A program made the position numbers and the translations under genes. The notes beneath the pieces are model-generated. The model did not search any database. It saw nothing but the letters and a program-made list of their open reading frames with translations, and was not told where the DNA came from. Positions 22,838-32,592 of a DNA stretch of 45,468 bases are shown here, one piece after another. Source of the DNA: a virus; the IMG/VR virus record IMGVR_UViG_3300026299_000108, positions 1 through 45,468 of that record, one strand, 5' to 3'. The stretch's first letter is position 1. Every line of letters begins with the position of its first letter.

Positions 22838-24940
22838 ATGACCTTCGACGCCGCCACCCTCAGCGTCCCGCTGGCCGACCCCGCCGACGACAGCGCCTGG
22901 CGCAACGGCTGGTCGATGCCTGCGCCGCTGTCGGTGGACGGCTGGGCCGATCGCCACCGCTTCCTGACCCGCGAAGGCGCGGCGGAGCCCGGCCCGTGGC
23001 GCACCGATCGCGTGCCGTTCACGCGCGAGATCATGCAGTGCCTCAGCGACGAACACCCCTGCAAGAAGGTCGCGCTGTGCAAGTCCACGCAGACCGCCGG
23101 CACCGAGGTGCTGAACAACTTCGTCGGCTACGGCATCGACCATTCGCCCGGCCCGATGATGGTGGTGATGCCCACCGAGAAGCTGGCCCAGCGGTGGAGC
23201 AAGCAGCGCCTCAAGACGATGATCCAGTCGTGCCTGGTGCTGCACGGCAAGATCCAGCCGGCCACCGCCCGCGACGGCGGCAACACCACGCTGATGAAGG
23301 AATTCCCCGGCGGGCTGCTGGTGATCGCCGGTGCCAACTCCGCCAGCGACCTACGCAGCATGCCGGCCCGCCGCGTGCTATGCGACGAGGTCGACGAGTA
23401 CCTGCTGGACCTCGAAGGGCAGGGCGCGCCGGACGAACTCGCCGAGCGCCGCGCTTCTACCTTCACCCGGCGCAAGGTGTTCAAGGTCAGCAGCCCGAAG
23501 CTGAAGGCCACCAGCGTCATCTGGCGCGAATTCCTCGCCGGGGACCAGCGGCATTACCACGTGCCCTGTCCGCACTGTGGCACCCTGCAGCCGCTGGACA
23601 TCGACCAGTTGTTGCCCAACGGCACCTACCTCTGTGCCGACGGCGGCTGCGGCCGCATCATCGAGGAGCACCACAAGCCCGACATGCTGGCCGACGCCGC
23701 GATGGGTGGCACGGCGCGCTGGGTCGCCGCGAAGCCGGACGGCGAGTTCCCGTCGTTCCACATCAACGCGCTCTACGCACCGCTGGGCCTCGGCTACACC
23801 TGGGCGGAGATCGCCGCCATGCGCGACGCCGCGCAGAACGACCCGGGCAAGCTGGTCATCTTCACCAACACCATCCTCGGCCTGCCGTTCGAGGGCGAGC
23901 GCCAGCAGCAGAACGCGCACGAGCTGGAGGCCCGCGCCGAGCAAGGCCTGCATCGCGGCATCGTGCCCCGCGGTTTCTACGTGCTGACCGTGGGCATCGA
24001 CTGCCAGCAGGACCGCTTCGCCTGTCACGTCATCGCCTGGGGCCGCGGCGAGCGCGGCTTCGTCGTCGACTACGAGGAGATCGACGGCGACCCATCCCAG
24101 CAGGACGGCTACACCAAGCTGGAGGCCTGGCTGAAGCGCCACTACGTCAGCCACCGCGGGCAGGTGATGATCCCGCAGGCCGTCGCGATGGACGCCGGCA
24201 ACTGGGGCGAGGAAGTCGTCAAGTTCCTGCGCCGGCAGGGCACGCTGATGCACCACCAGGTGCACCGCGTCCTGCAGGTGGACGGCACGCTGCAACAGCA
24301 GGTGCTGTTCGCCGTGCGCGGCCGTTCCACCACCACCGACACCCGCGTCGTGTATCGCCCCGCCAAGACCGAGGCCAACAACCGCGGCAAGACGCTGGCC
24401 CGCGCCGTCGGCGTGTGGGGCGTCGGTACCGCGCCGGCCAAGGACATCCTGTTCGGCCGCATGAGCGCCGACGCCCGCGCGGAGGACATCGCCCACCGCA
24501 TGCTGCGGTGGCCCGGCGGCCGCGAACCCACCGGCCCAGAGGACCACGCCGCCGAAGCCACGCGCATGCCCGCCGGCTACTTCCCCGGCATCGCCTCCGA
24601 ATACAAGGACCTCGCGACCGGCCGCTACCTCAAGCACAACCGTTCCACGCGAAACGAAGCACTCGACACCCTCGTCTACGCCTACTGGGCCGCCCTCAGC
24701 CCGGCCGTGCGCATCGACCTCAAGCGCGAGCACGAATGGGCCGCGCTCGAGGCCCGCTACGATCCCGAAGCCGACCTGTTCGGTGGCGGCGACGCGGACG
24801 CGCCATCACCACCCATGCCGGCGGTTTCGCGTGAAACATCGGTTGTCGTGACCGTCCCGCCATCGGCACCGAAACCAGGGCGCGGCACGCCACCGGCGGG
24901 TCGTGGCTTCGGCAGCGACGGCTGGAGCGGTCGCCTGTGA
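22838..24940 (+). CDS. Terminase large subunit, lambda GpA family
   Basis: GPWRTDRVPF, KSTQTAGTE, DEVDEY, SSP, VPCPHCG, GIDCQ and NEALD motifs. Confidence 0.93.
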   Translation: MTFDAATLSVPLADPADDSAWRNGWSMPAPLSVDGWADRHRFLTREGAAEPGPWRTDRVPFTREIMQCLSDEHPCKKVALCKSTQTAGTEVLNNFVGYGIDHSPGPMMVVMPTEKLAQRWSKQRLKTMIQSCLVLHGKIQPATARDGGNTTLMKEFPGGLLVIAGANSASDLRSMPARRVLCDEVDEYLLDLEGQGAPDELAERRASTFTRRKVFKVSSPKLKATSVIWREFLAGDQRHYHVPCPHCGTLQPLDIDQLLPNGTYLCADGGCGRIIEEHHKPDMLADAAMGGTARWVAAKPDGEFPSFHINALYAPLGLGYTWAEIAAMRDAAQNDPGKLVIFTNTILGLPFEGERQQQNAHELEARAEQGLHRGIVPRGFYVLTVGIDCQQDRFACHVIAWGRGERGFVVDYEEIDGDPSQQDGYTKLEAWLKRHYVSHRGQVMIPQAVAMDAGNWGEEVVKFLRRQGTLMHHQVHRVLQVDGTLQQQVLFAVRGRSTTTDTRVVYRPAKTEANNRGKTLARAVGVWGVGTAPAKDILFGRMSADARAEDIAHRMLRWPGGREPTGPEDHAAEATRMPAGYFPGIASEYKDLATGRYLKHNRSTRNEALDTLVYAYWAALSPAVRIDLKREHEWAALEARYDPEADLFGGGDADAPSPPMPAVSRETSVVVTVPPSAPKPGRGTPPAGRGFGSDGWSGRL

Positions 24941-25269
24941 GTCGCAACACGACCCGCGTGAAGGCGCGCATCGACCAGCTCTCCGACGAGCTGACGTTCG
25001 GTGCTGCGATCCGCCTGCGGGCCGATGCCGGCGACATCCGCCCGGTGGTGGAGGCCGTCGTCGCCTACCTGGTCGAGGAATATCCCGCGCAGGATCTCTA
25101 CATCCCCTCGGCCGTGACCTATCCGGTCGATCGCCTGCGTGCGGAGGTCGCAGCCGGCAAGTCCATCCGCACCATCTGCCGCGAGCACCGCATCAGTCGA
25201 TCCAAGCTCTACCGCCTGCTGGACGACGACGGCAGCGACGACAAGGCAGCCGAGGACGTCGCCGCGTAA
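24937..25269 (+). CDS. Mor/C-like transcriptional activator
   Basis: QDLYIP motif followed by a C-terminal HTH (IRTICREHRISRSKLYRLL). Confidence 0.7.
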   Translation: MSRNTTRVKARIDQLSDELTFGAAIRLRADAGDIRPVVEAVVAYLVEEYPAQDLYIPSAVTYPVDRLRAEVAAGKSIRTICREHRISRSKLYRLLDDDGSDDKAAEDVAA

Positions 25270-25345
25270 CACGTGATGCGGTGCGCCGCTGGGTGCGCAC
25301 ATTTCCCCGAGATTGTGCGCAGTAGTGTCTGCACTCTGTACATCC

Positions 25346-25567
25346 ATGAGCTTCGCCACCGACCAGGTCGCACTGCTGCAGGATGCCTATCGTAAGGTGC
25401 TTGCGGGGCAGTCCGTGCGCTATGGCGAGCGCATGCTGGTACGCGCCGATGCCGCATGGATCAGCGCCGAGCTGGACAAGTGGACGCGCCGCGCCAATGT
25501 GGAGGCCGCCCGCGCCGCCGGCCGCACGCCGGGCATCGCCATCGCAGACTTCGGCGGGGTGCAGTGA
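25346..25567 (+). CDS. gpW-like head completion protein
   Basis: Small gene just before portal; VLAGQSVRYGER. Confidence 0.7.
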   Translation: MSFATDQVALLQDAYRKVLAGQSVRYGERMLVRADAAWISAELDKWTRRANVEAARAAGRTPGIAIADFGGVQ

Positions 25568-27093
25568 TGGCGGACCGCCTCGACCGCCTGCTGATGCGTT
25601 TCGCGCCCGCGTGGGCCGCCTCCCGGGCTCGCGACCGCCTCCTCGCCCATGCCTATCATCAGGCCTACGAGGCCGCGCAGGTCAGCCACCTGCGGAAGCA
25701 GTCGCGCGACCACGGCAGCGGCAACGCCATCGTCTCGCTCACCGGCGCCGCCCTTCGTAACCAGGCGCGGCACCTCGACCGCAACCACGACATCATCAGC
25801 GGCGGCCTGTCCACGCTGGTGCAGAACATCGTCGGGCCCAGCGGCATCAACATCGTGCCCACCCCGCGCGATGCCGCGGGCAACGTCGACGAGGGCCTGG
25901 TCGATCAGATCATGCCGCTCTACCTCGCGTGGTCGAAGCGGCCCGAGGTCACGTGGATGCACGACTGGCCCAGCGTGCAGCGGCTGCTTGCCCGCACCTG
26001 GCTGCGCGATGGCGAAGCCTTCGCGCAGGAGCTGCGCGGCTTCGTGCCATACCTGGAGCACGGCTCCAGCGTGCCGTTCTCGCTGGAGCTGCTGGAGCCT
26101 GATCTGGTCCCGCTGGATCTCGACGACACGAATCGTCGCATCCTGCAGGGCGTCGAGCGCAATGCATGGGGCAGGGCAGTCGCGTTCCACGTCTACAAGC
26201 AGCACCCCGGCGATGCCGGCATCTTCCTGCCGGAGACCAAGCGCGTCTCCGCCGACCTCATCCGCCACGTCCGCACCATCGACCGCATCGGGCAGGTGCG
26301 CGGCATTTCCATCCTCGCGTCCACCTTCACCCGCATCGAGGACCTGAAGGACTACGAGGAGTCCGAGCGCATCGCCGCGAAGATCGCCGCCAGCATGGCT
26401 GCGGTCATCATCAAGGGCGACCCGGGCAGCTACGACGTTGCCAACCCCTCCCCTGAGCGCAAGTTGCGGTTCCAGCCGGGCATGGTATTCGACGACCTGG
26501 TGCCCGGCGAGTCCGTGCAAAGCATCGACAGCAAGCGCCCGAACCCGAACCTCGAGCCCTACCGCAACGCGCAGTTGCGCGCCATCGCCGCGCCGATGCG
26601 CGTGTCGTTCTCGTCGCTGGCGAAGAACTACAACGGCACCTACAGCGCCCAGCGGCAGGAGCTGGTCGAGCAGTACGGCGCCTACGGCGTGCTGGCCTAC
26701 GAGTTCATTTCGCAGATGGTGCGCCCGGTCTACGAGCGCTTCGTCGCGATGGCCGTCGTCTCCGGTGAACTCGTGCTGCCCCGCGGCGTGACGTTGGCGA
26801 ACGCCATTGGCGCCGACTACCTCGCGCCGCCCATGCCGTGGATCAACCCCGTGCACGAAATGCAGGGCATCACTGCAGCTGTCCGCGGCGGCGTGCGGTC
26901 GCTGACCTCCGTCATCGCCGAACGTGGAGGCCGCATGTACGACACGCTCGAGCAGGTTGCCAGGGAGCGCGCCTGGGCGCGCGAACTGGGCATCGTGCTC
27001 GATACCGACCCCGGACAGACCACCGGCGGCGGCAATCTCAACCAAATCCCGGATGCCATGCAGGCGCCGGCGAATTCCGGAGCCAACGCATGA
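25567..27093 (+). CDS. Portal protein, lambda family
   Basis: LRNQARHLDRN, DGEAF, GQVRGIS, YSAQRQ and PWINP motifs. Confidence 0.92.
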   Translation: MADRLDRLLMRFAPAWAASRARDRLLAHAYHQAYEAAQVSHLRKQSRDHGSGNAIVSLTGAALRNQARHLDRNHDIISGGLSTLVQNIVGPSGINIVPTPRDAAGNVDEGLVDQIMPLYLAWSKRPEVTWMHDWPSVQRLLARTWLRDGEAFAQELRGFVPYLEHGSSVPFSLELLEPDLVPLDLDDTNRRILQGVERNAWGRAVAFHVYKQHPGDAGIFLPETKRVSADLIRHVRTIDRIGQVRGISILASTFTRIEDLKDYEESERIAAKIAASMAAVIIKGDPGSYDVANPSPERKLRFQPGMVFDDLVPGESVQSIDSKRPNPNLEPYRNAQLRAIAAPMRVSFSSLAKNYNGTYSAQRQELVEQYGAYGVLAYEFISQMVRPVYERFVAMAVVSGELVLPRGVTLANAIGADYLAPPMPWINPVHEMQGITAAVRGGVRSLTSVIAERGGRMYDTLEQVARERAWARELGIVLDTDPGQTTGGGNLNQIPDAMQAPANSGANA

Positions 27094-29384
27094 AGACCCG
27101 CAAGCTCACGGCATGCATCCTCGCCGCGGTCTACGCGCTCGACAACGTCGGGCTGGACAAGATCGCGCCCGAGGCCCGCGGCAAGTCCGTGCTGGCCCTC
27201 AACGCCGTGGACACCACGCAGGCGGACCTGCTGATCTACGGCCCGATCGGCGACTTCTTCTGGGGAGACGGCATCACCGCCGGCAGTATCGTCGAGCAGC
27301 TCTCGCAGCTCAACGTCGGCACCATCAATGTTCGCATCAACTCCGACGGCGGCGTCGTCAGCGACGGTCTCGCCATCTACAACGCGCTGGCCTCGCATCC
27401 GGCCACGGTCAACGTCACCATCGATGGCGTCGCCGCCTCGATTGCCAGCCTGATCGCCCAGGTGGGCGCCACGCGCCGCGTCTATCGCAACGCCACCATG
27501 ATGATCCACGGCCCGCAGAGCGGGATGTGGGGCTTCGCCGACGACCTGCGCGATGCCGCCGCCATGCTGGACACCATCGCCTCGTCGATGCTGACAGGCT
27601 ACACCGGCCGCGCCGCGAATCCGTCGGAGATCGAAGGCTATCTCGGCGATCGGCGCGACCACTGGTTCACGGCCGAGCAGATGGTCGCCGCCGGCCTCGC
27701 CGACGAAATCATCGAGATCAACCCCGTGCCCGCTCCCAGCGATGCCGCCGCGGCCGCCGCGCTGCTGTCCTACGTGCAGGCGATCTCCAGCTCCCAGCGC
27801 AGCGACGTTACTGCGTCGCTGCATCAACGCATCCAGACGACGATCACCGCGTCTGCGTTCGCTGCCCTCAGCGAATCCCACCAGCGGGCGGTGTTCGCCC
27901 ACATCGAGGACTCCACCATGAAAGAGAAGTGCCAGTTGATCCTCGCGCAGGCCGGCGCCACCGCCGGCGCGCAGGGCAATCCCAACCCGGCCAATTCCCC
28001 GGCTCCGGCCGCCGCGCCCGCGGCGGCGCCGACCGCCGCGCCCGCCGTTCCGGTGGCGACGGCGGACCCCATCGCCGCCCTGGCGGCACGCAACGAGAGC
28101 ATTCGTGGCGTGTTCGCCTCCTTCCACGACGTGCCCGGCGTGCGCGAGCTGGAATCGCAGTGCCTCGCCGACCCGCGCATGACCGTCGAGCAGGCCCAGG
28201 CCCGTCTGCTGCAGCGCCTGCCGAACGGCGCCACGCCGCTGGCGGCCGCCCGGGGCGGCGCCGGCCGCGACGGCATGGTCAGCGACGAGGTCGACGTGCA
28301 GCGCCGCCGCACCGTCGACGGCATCCTCGCCCGCGCCGGCGTGCTCACGGGTGCCGAGGCGACCGCGGCGCGGCAGGACAATCCGGCGTCGCACCAGCCG
28401 CTGTTCATCCTCGCCGAGCGTTCGCTCATCGCCGCCGGCGTCGACACCCGCGGGATGGACCGCGACCAGATCGCACGCCGTGCGCTCGCCGCGCAGACCA
28501 CGGGCGACTTCCCCGTCATCCTCGAGAACGTGCTGAACAAGATGCTGCTCAACGCCTATGCGCTGCAGCAGTTCACCTGGTCGCGGTTCTGCGCCACCGG
28601 CACGCTGGTCGACTACCGCCCGCACAACCGCTACCACATGGGTTCGTTCTCCGACCTCAAGCCGGTCAACGAGTCGGGCGAGTACGAGAACGGCATCCTG
28701 TCCGACGCCGAGAAGGAAACCATCGTCGGCAGCCGCAAGGGCCGGATCCTGCAGATCACGCCGGAGATCCTCGTCAACGACGACCTCGGCGCGTTCTCGC
28801 GGCCGGCGGCCGCGCTCGGCCAGGGCGCCGCACGCACCATCGAGAAGGACGTTTACGCCCTGCTGGCGCTCAACAGCGGGCTCGGTCCCACCATGGCGGA
28901 CGGTAATACGCTGTTCCATGCCGATCACGGCAACATCGCGGGCACCGCGGGTGTGCCGACCATCGCGCTCATCGATGCCGGCCGGCGGGCGATGGCGCAG
29001 CAGATGGATGTCGGCGGCAACGACTACCTCGACATCCGCCCGGCGCTGTTCCTCGGTCCGCTGTCGCTGGGCAGCACCGCCCGCGAGCTGAACGCGCAGG
29101 AATACAACGACGAATCGAACCGCCAGCAGCGCAAGCCGAACGTGGTCCGCGGACTGTTCAGCGACGTCATCGACACGCCGCGTCTCACCGGCGCCGCCTG
29201 GATGATGTTCGCCGACCCCAACCTCGAGCCGGTCATCGAAGTCGCGTTCCTCAACGGCGTGCAGACCCCGACGCTGGAGCAGGAGACCAACTTCCGCACC
29301 GACGGCCTCAGCTGGAAGGTCGTACATCGCTACGGCGTCGGCGCCGTCGGTTACCGCGGCGCCTACCGCAACGCCGGCGCGTAA
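27090..29384 (+). CDS. ClpP-type prohead protease fused to major capsid protein
   Basis: INSDGG, GVAASIAS and MMIH (S14 protease); Ala/Pro-rich linker; capsid domain from TTGDFP to YRGAYRNAG. Confidence 0.9.
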   Translation: MKTRKLTACILAAVYALDNVGLDKIAPEARGKSVLALNAVDTTQADLLIYGPIGDFFWGDGITAGSIVEQLSQLNVGTINVRINSDGGVVSDGLAIYNALASHPATVNVTIDGVAASIASLIAQVGATRRVYRNATMMIHGPQSGMWGFADDLRDAAAMLDTIASSMLTGYTGRAANPSEIEGYLGDRRDHWFTAEQMVAAGLADEIIEINPVPAPSDAAAAAALLSYVQAISSSQRSDVTASLHQRIQTTITASAFAALSESHQRAVFAHIEDSTMKEKCQLILAQAGATAGAQGNPNPANSPAPAAAPAAAPTAAPAVPVATADPIAALAARNESIRGVFASFHDVPGVRELESQCLADPRMTVEQAQARLLQRLPNGATPLAAARGGAGRDGMVSDEVDVQRRRTVDGILARAGVLTGAEATAARQDNPASHQPLFILAERSLIAAGVDTRGMDRDQIARRALAAQTTGDFPVILENVLNKMLLNAYALQQFTWSRFCATGTLVDYRPHNRYHMGSFSDLKPVNESGEYENGILSDAEKETIVGSRKGRILQITPEILVNDDLGAFSRPAAALGQGAARTIEKDVYALLALNSGLGPTMADGNTLFHADHGNIAGTAGVPTIALIDAGRRAMAQQMDVGGNDYLDIRPALFLGPLSLGSTARELNAQEYNDESNRQQRKPNVVRGLFSDVIDTPRLTGAAWMMFADPNLEPVIEVAFLNGVQTPTLEQETNFRTDGLSWKVVHRYGVGAVGYRGAYRNAGA

Positions 29385-29399
29385 CCGGCCCACCATCGC

Positions 29400-29422
29400 G
29401 CGGGGGCGGCCTACGCCCCCGC
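29400..29422 (+). terminator. GC-rich hairpin after the capsid gene
   Basis: GCGGGGGCG-GCCTA-CGCCCCCGC; no U tract. Confidence 0.4.
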
Positions 29423-29442
29423 CATGAATCGAGGACACGAGC

Positions 29443-29802
29443 ATGGCCAAGAATTTCATCAAGCCCGGCGACCACCTGCCGTTCACCGCCAGCGGTGCCG
29501 TCGCCACCGGTGGCGTGGTGGTGCTGGGCACCCTCATCGGTGTCGCGCTCGGCGCCGTCGCCGATGGCGACAGCGGCGAATGCTGCGTCGAGGACGTATG
29601 GGAACTCCCCAAGGCGACCGGTGCGGCGATCGACGCCTGGACGCGCCCCAGTTACGACATCAGCGCCGGGAAATTCGCCGTCGCCGGAAGCGAAGCCACC
29701 GGCGACGTCATCGGCGCCGTCATCGCCGTCGAGACGGCCGCATCGGCGGACGCGACCGTCAAGGTCAAGCTGCTGCCCGGTGCGGGCAGCCTGAAGGCCT
29801 GA
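29443..29802 (+). CDS. DUF2190-family capsid cement/decoration protein, copy 1
   Basis: MAKNFIKPG, VWELPKA and VKVKL motifs. Confidence 0.85.
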   Translation: MAKNFIKPGDHLPFTASGAVATGGVVVLGTLIGVALGAVADGDSGECCVEDVWELPKATGAAIDAWTRPSYDISAGKFAVAGSEATGDVIGAVIAVETAASADATVKVKLLPGAGSLKA

Positions 29803-29850
29803 CGTCGGCCCACCGCGCCGTTTCGCTGACCACGACACGAGGACCCTCAC

Positions 29851-30210
29851 ATGAAGAACTACCTTCGCCCGGGCGACACCATCACGCACGCGCATAGCGT
29901 TCCGGTGGCATCCGGGCAACTGGTCGCGATCGGTGGTCTGCTGGCCGTCGCGGCCAGCAGCTATGCCGCCAACGAGCCGGGCGAGTACGCCATCGAAGGG
30001 GTCTATGTCCTGCCGAAGGCCACGGGTGCCGCAGTCGGGCAGGGCAACACGCTTAACCTCAATCTCTCCAGTGGGGAGCTGACCGAGGCGTTGCCGGAAT
30101 CCGCCATCCTTGGTGGTGCCATCGCGATGGAGTCCTCCGACAGCGCGGCGACCACCGTGGTCGTGAAGCTGGTGCCGGGGACCGGCGCCGCTGGCGGCAG
30201 CGGCGTCTGA
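29851..30210 (+). CDS. DUF2190-family protein, copy 2
   Basis: MKNYLRPG, GVYVLPKA and VVVKL motifs. Confidence 0.85.
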   Translation: MKNYLRPGDTITHAHSVPVASGQLVAIGGLLAVAASSYAANEPGEYAIEGVYVLPKATGAAVGQGNTLNLNLSSGELTEALPESAILGGAIAMESSDSAATTVVVKLVPGTGAAGGSGV

Positions 30211-30227
30211 CCCCGGAGGCTATCGAC

Positions 30228-30650
30228 ATGCCCACCCCGCGCGGCGTCCGCAACAATAACCCGGGCAACATCGACCGCAGTGGTACGCCCTGGCAGGGCG
30301 AGGACCGCAGCGATGCCGCGCGGAGGCAAGAGCCGCGGTTCTGCGTGTTCTTCTCGCCGGAGGCCGGGTTCCGTGCGCTGGCGAAGGTGCTGCTGACGTA
30401 CCGCCGTCGGTATGGGCTGGACACGGTCAGCAGCATCATCGCCCGGTGGGCGCCTCCGCGCGAGAACGACACCGGCGCGTACGTGCGTGAGGTATCTCGC
30501 GCGGTGGGTGTCGGCGCGAATGAGCGCCTCGCGATGGACGATGCGCAGGTGCTGTTCGGCCTGGCCAAGGCCATCGCCCGGCACGAAAACGGCGGACATT
30601 TCTGGGCGGACGATGTGATCCGTCGCGGCGTCGCGGCGGCGAGGGCCTGA
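30228..30650 (+). CDS. Putative endolysin (RGxRNNNPGNI lysozyme-like family)
   Basis: PRGVRNNNPGNI, RWAPPRENDT and IARHENG motifs; first gene of the lysis cluster. Confidence 0.75.
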   Translation: MPTPRGVRNNNPGNIDRSGTPWQGEDRSDAARRQEPRFCVFFSPEAGFRALAKVLLTYRRRYGLDTVSSIIARWAPPRENDTGAYVREVSRAVGVGANERLAMDDAQVLFGLAKAIARHENGGHFWADDVIRRGVAAARA

Positions 30651-30652
30651 GC

Positions 30653-30961
30653 ATGGGCGAGATCACGGTCGGGCATCTCGCGCTGTTTGTGACCGTCGGC
30701 GGAATCGTCGTGTCGCTGCTGTCGACGCTGGGCATCTTCCTGCTGCAACGGATCTTCGGCTCCGGCGACAGGTCCAATGCCGAAATCGACGAGCTGAAGG
30801 AAAAGGTGCATGCGCTCGAGTTGGCGCAGGTCGGCAACTACGCGACCAAGCAGGACATGGAGTCGCTGCGACGCGACATTCGCGGCGAGTTCGACCGGCT
30901 GGCGAAGATGTTGCAGCCGGTCTTCCGCCAGCTCAACGTCAATGCGGTGATCGACGGATGA
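30653..30961 (+). CDS. Single-TM plus coiled-coil protein, lysis-associated
   Basis: N-terminal TM segment; YATKQD. Confidence 0.6.
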   Translation: MGEITVGHLALFVTVGGIVVSLLSTLGIFLLQRIFGSGDRSNAEIDELKEKVHALELAQVGNYATKQDMESLRRDIRGEFDRLAKMLQPVFRQLNVNAVIDG

Positions 30962-31380
30962 GCGAGGACACGCCCGTGACCCGCAAGGAGCTGCGAGAGT
31001 TCGGCGAGGAGCTGCGCGCTGGTTTCGACACGCTGGCTGAGGTCATGCGCCCGGTAGCCGAAGCGGCCGCTGTGCCGCATGCCGGCCTCGTGCAGCAGAT
31101 GACGATGTCCGCGCCGCCGCCGCAGCGCGCCGAGCGCCTGGTCGTCGCGATGGCCGTCATCGTCACCGTCATGGCCTTCCTCGCCGGTGGCTCCATCGTC
31201 GCCGCCATCCTGCAGGGCCAACGCGTCACCGACCTGCGCGCTGATATGCACGCCGAGCGCGCAAGCCGCGAGGCCTTCGACCACTGGAACGCGCAGGAGG
31301 TGACCGCGATCCGGGCCTACATCGCCACCGGTCGCCTGCAGCCGATGCAATCCCGCCCACAACCGGAGACCACGCCATGA
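30958..31380 (+). CDS. Single-TM protein
   Basis: Central hydrophobic segment; coupled to both neighbours. Confidence 0.6.
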   Translation: MSEDTPVTRKELREFGEELRAGFDTLAEVMRPVAEAAAVPHAGLVQQMTMSAPPPQRAERLVVAMAVIVTVMAFLAGGSIVAAILQGQRVTDLRADMHAERASREAFDHWNAQEVTAIRAYIATGRLQPMQSRPQPETTP

Positions 31381-31649
31381 GCGAGGAAGAGGAGATCATC
31401 GTGCAGCCGCCGCGCAAGCTGTCGCTGGTGCCCGACGTCGCCAACTGGCACCGCTGGTGGTCGATGCGCTGGCTGATCGCGGGCGCCATCGCCGAGGCGC
31501 TTCCCCGTGCCTGGGCCGCGCTGCCGGGCGACTGGGTCGGGCCAATGCCGACCTGGCTGAAACTCGCCCTGGGCTACTTCGTCGGCACCGCGCTGGTCGC
31601 CGCTGCGGTGTCGCGCGTCATCCAGCAGACGCCGAGGCCCGCCCCGTGA
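31377..31649 (+). CDS. Putative holin
   Basis: WHRWWSMR, two TM segments and SRVIQQ. Confidence 0.7.
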   Translation: MSEEEEIIVQPPRKLSLVPDVANWHRWWSMRWLIAGAIAEALPRAWAALPGDWVGPMPTWLKLALGYFVGTALVAAAVSRVIQQTPRPAP

Positions 31650-32257
31650 TCGTCTTCCTGGCCCACAACCTGTGGTGGGTGCTCGGGCTGCTGGTGATGG
31701 CGGCCGCCATCGCCGCCCCGGCGCTGCTGTGGCGCCTGCGCTGGCCTGTCGCCGTCGCGATCGCCTGCGCCTTCGCGGCGGTCTTCTGGCTGCGCGCGAA
31801 CGATCTCGACCGCCAACTGCTGCAGGCCCACGCCGACCGCGCTGACCAGGCTGCGAAACGTGCGCAGTTTGCCATCGGCGCGCTCCAGCGCCGCCGCGCA
31901 CTGGACGCCGACCACGCCGAGGCCGTGGCCAGCCTCACCGCCGAATACAAGAGGGACAACGACGATGCACAGCATGCGATCGATGATCTGCGCCGCCGCG
32001 TGCGCGCTGGTGATGTGCAGTTGCGCGACCGGTTCCGGTGTCCGGTCACCGCCGCCGAGCAACAACCCGCCCCCGGCGCTGGCGCCGCTGCCGGCGGAAC
32101 TGCGGGCGAAGCGCGATCCGGACTTCTTCCTGCGGATGTGGACGTTCTTCTCGGACTCGCCGCTGAAGCCGACGCCGTCGTCCGCGAGCGCAACCTCGCC
32201 GTCGACGTCGCCAACGCCTACCGCGCCGCCTGCGCCGCCCCGGTGACCACGCCGTGA
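31646..32257 (+). CDS. Rz-like i-spanin
   Basis: N-terminal TM segments, coiled coil and GDVQLRDRFRC. Confidence 0.75.
   Translation: MIVFLAHNLWWVLGLLVMAAAIAAPALLWRLRWPVAVAIACAFAAVFWLRANDLDRQLLQAHADRADQAAKRAQFAIGALQRRRALDADHAEAVASLTAEYKRDNDDAQHAIDDLRRRVRAGDVQLRDRFRCPVTAAEQQPAPGAGAAAGGTAGEARSGLLPADVDVLLGLAAEADAVVRERNLAVDVANAYRAACAAPVTTP
31965..32246 (+). CDS. Rz1-like o-spanin embedded in Rz
   Basis: +1 frame inside Rz; lipoprotein-like signal CALVMCSC; Pro-rich mature part. Confidence 0.65.
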   Translation: MHSMRSMICAAACALVMCSCATGSGVRSPPPSNNPPPALAPLPAELRAKRDPDFFLRMWTFFSDSPLKPTPSSASATSPSTSPTPTAPPAPPR

Positions 32258-32592
32258 GCCAGCGTGCCGCCATGCGCAGCCTCGACGCCGACATCCACGC
32301 GGCGTTGCTCGGTGCCGGGCTGGCCGACGTCGGCACATACCGCGCCGCGGGCGTCAGCGAGAGCGCCCCCGGGACCGACGTACGCGTCTACGTCGAGCGC
32401 GGGGTGCAATCCCTCGGCGAGTTCGGGCAGGTGTCGTCTGCGCAGGACCAGGTCACGCTGCTGCGTGCCGACGCCGATCCGGCGCGGGGCGCCACCATCG
32501 TCGCCGACGGGTGGCGCTATGTGCTGGCGGAGCGCGTCTCAGAGGACGAAAGCACCTCGACGTGGGTCGTCCGCGGGGAGGCGCTGCCATGA
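32254..32592 (+). CDS. Head-tail joining protein
   Basis: Position, size and beta-rich sequence. Confidence 0.6.
   Translation: MSQRAAMRSLDADIHAALLGAGLADVGTYRAAGVSESAPGTDVRVYVERGVQSLGEFGQVSSAQDQVTLLRADADPARGATIVADGWRYVLAERVSEDESTSTWVVRGEALP

Noticed and set aside
27090..29384. Protease-capsid fusion as a novelty
   Set aside because: ClpP-capsid fusions with a lambda-type portal and DUF2190 are a known head module.
25420..29612. Long antisense ORFs (541 and 931 aa) opposite portal and capsid, and similar ones elsewhere
   Set aside because: These are shadow ORFs expected from high-GC codon bias and carry no motifs.
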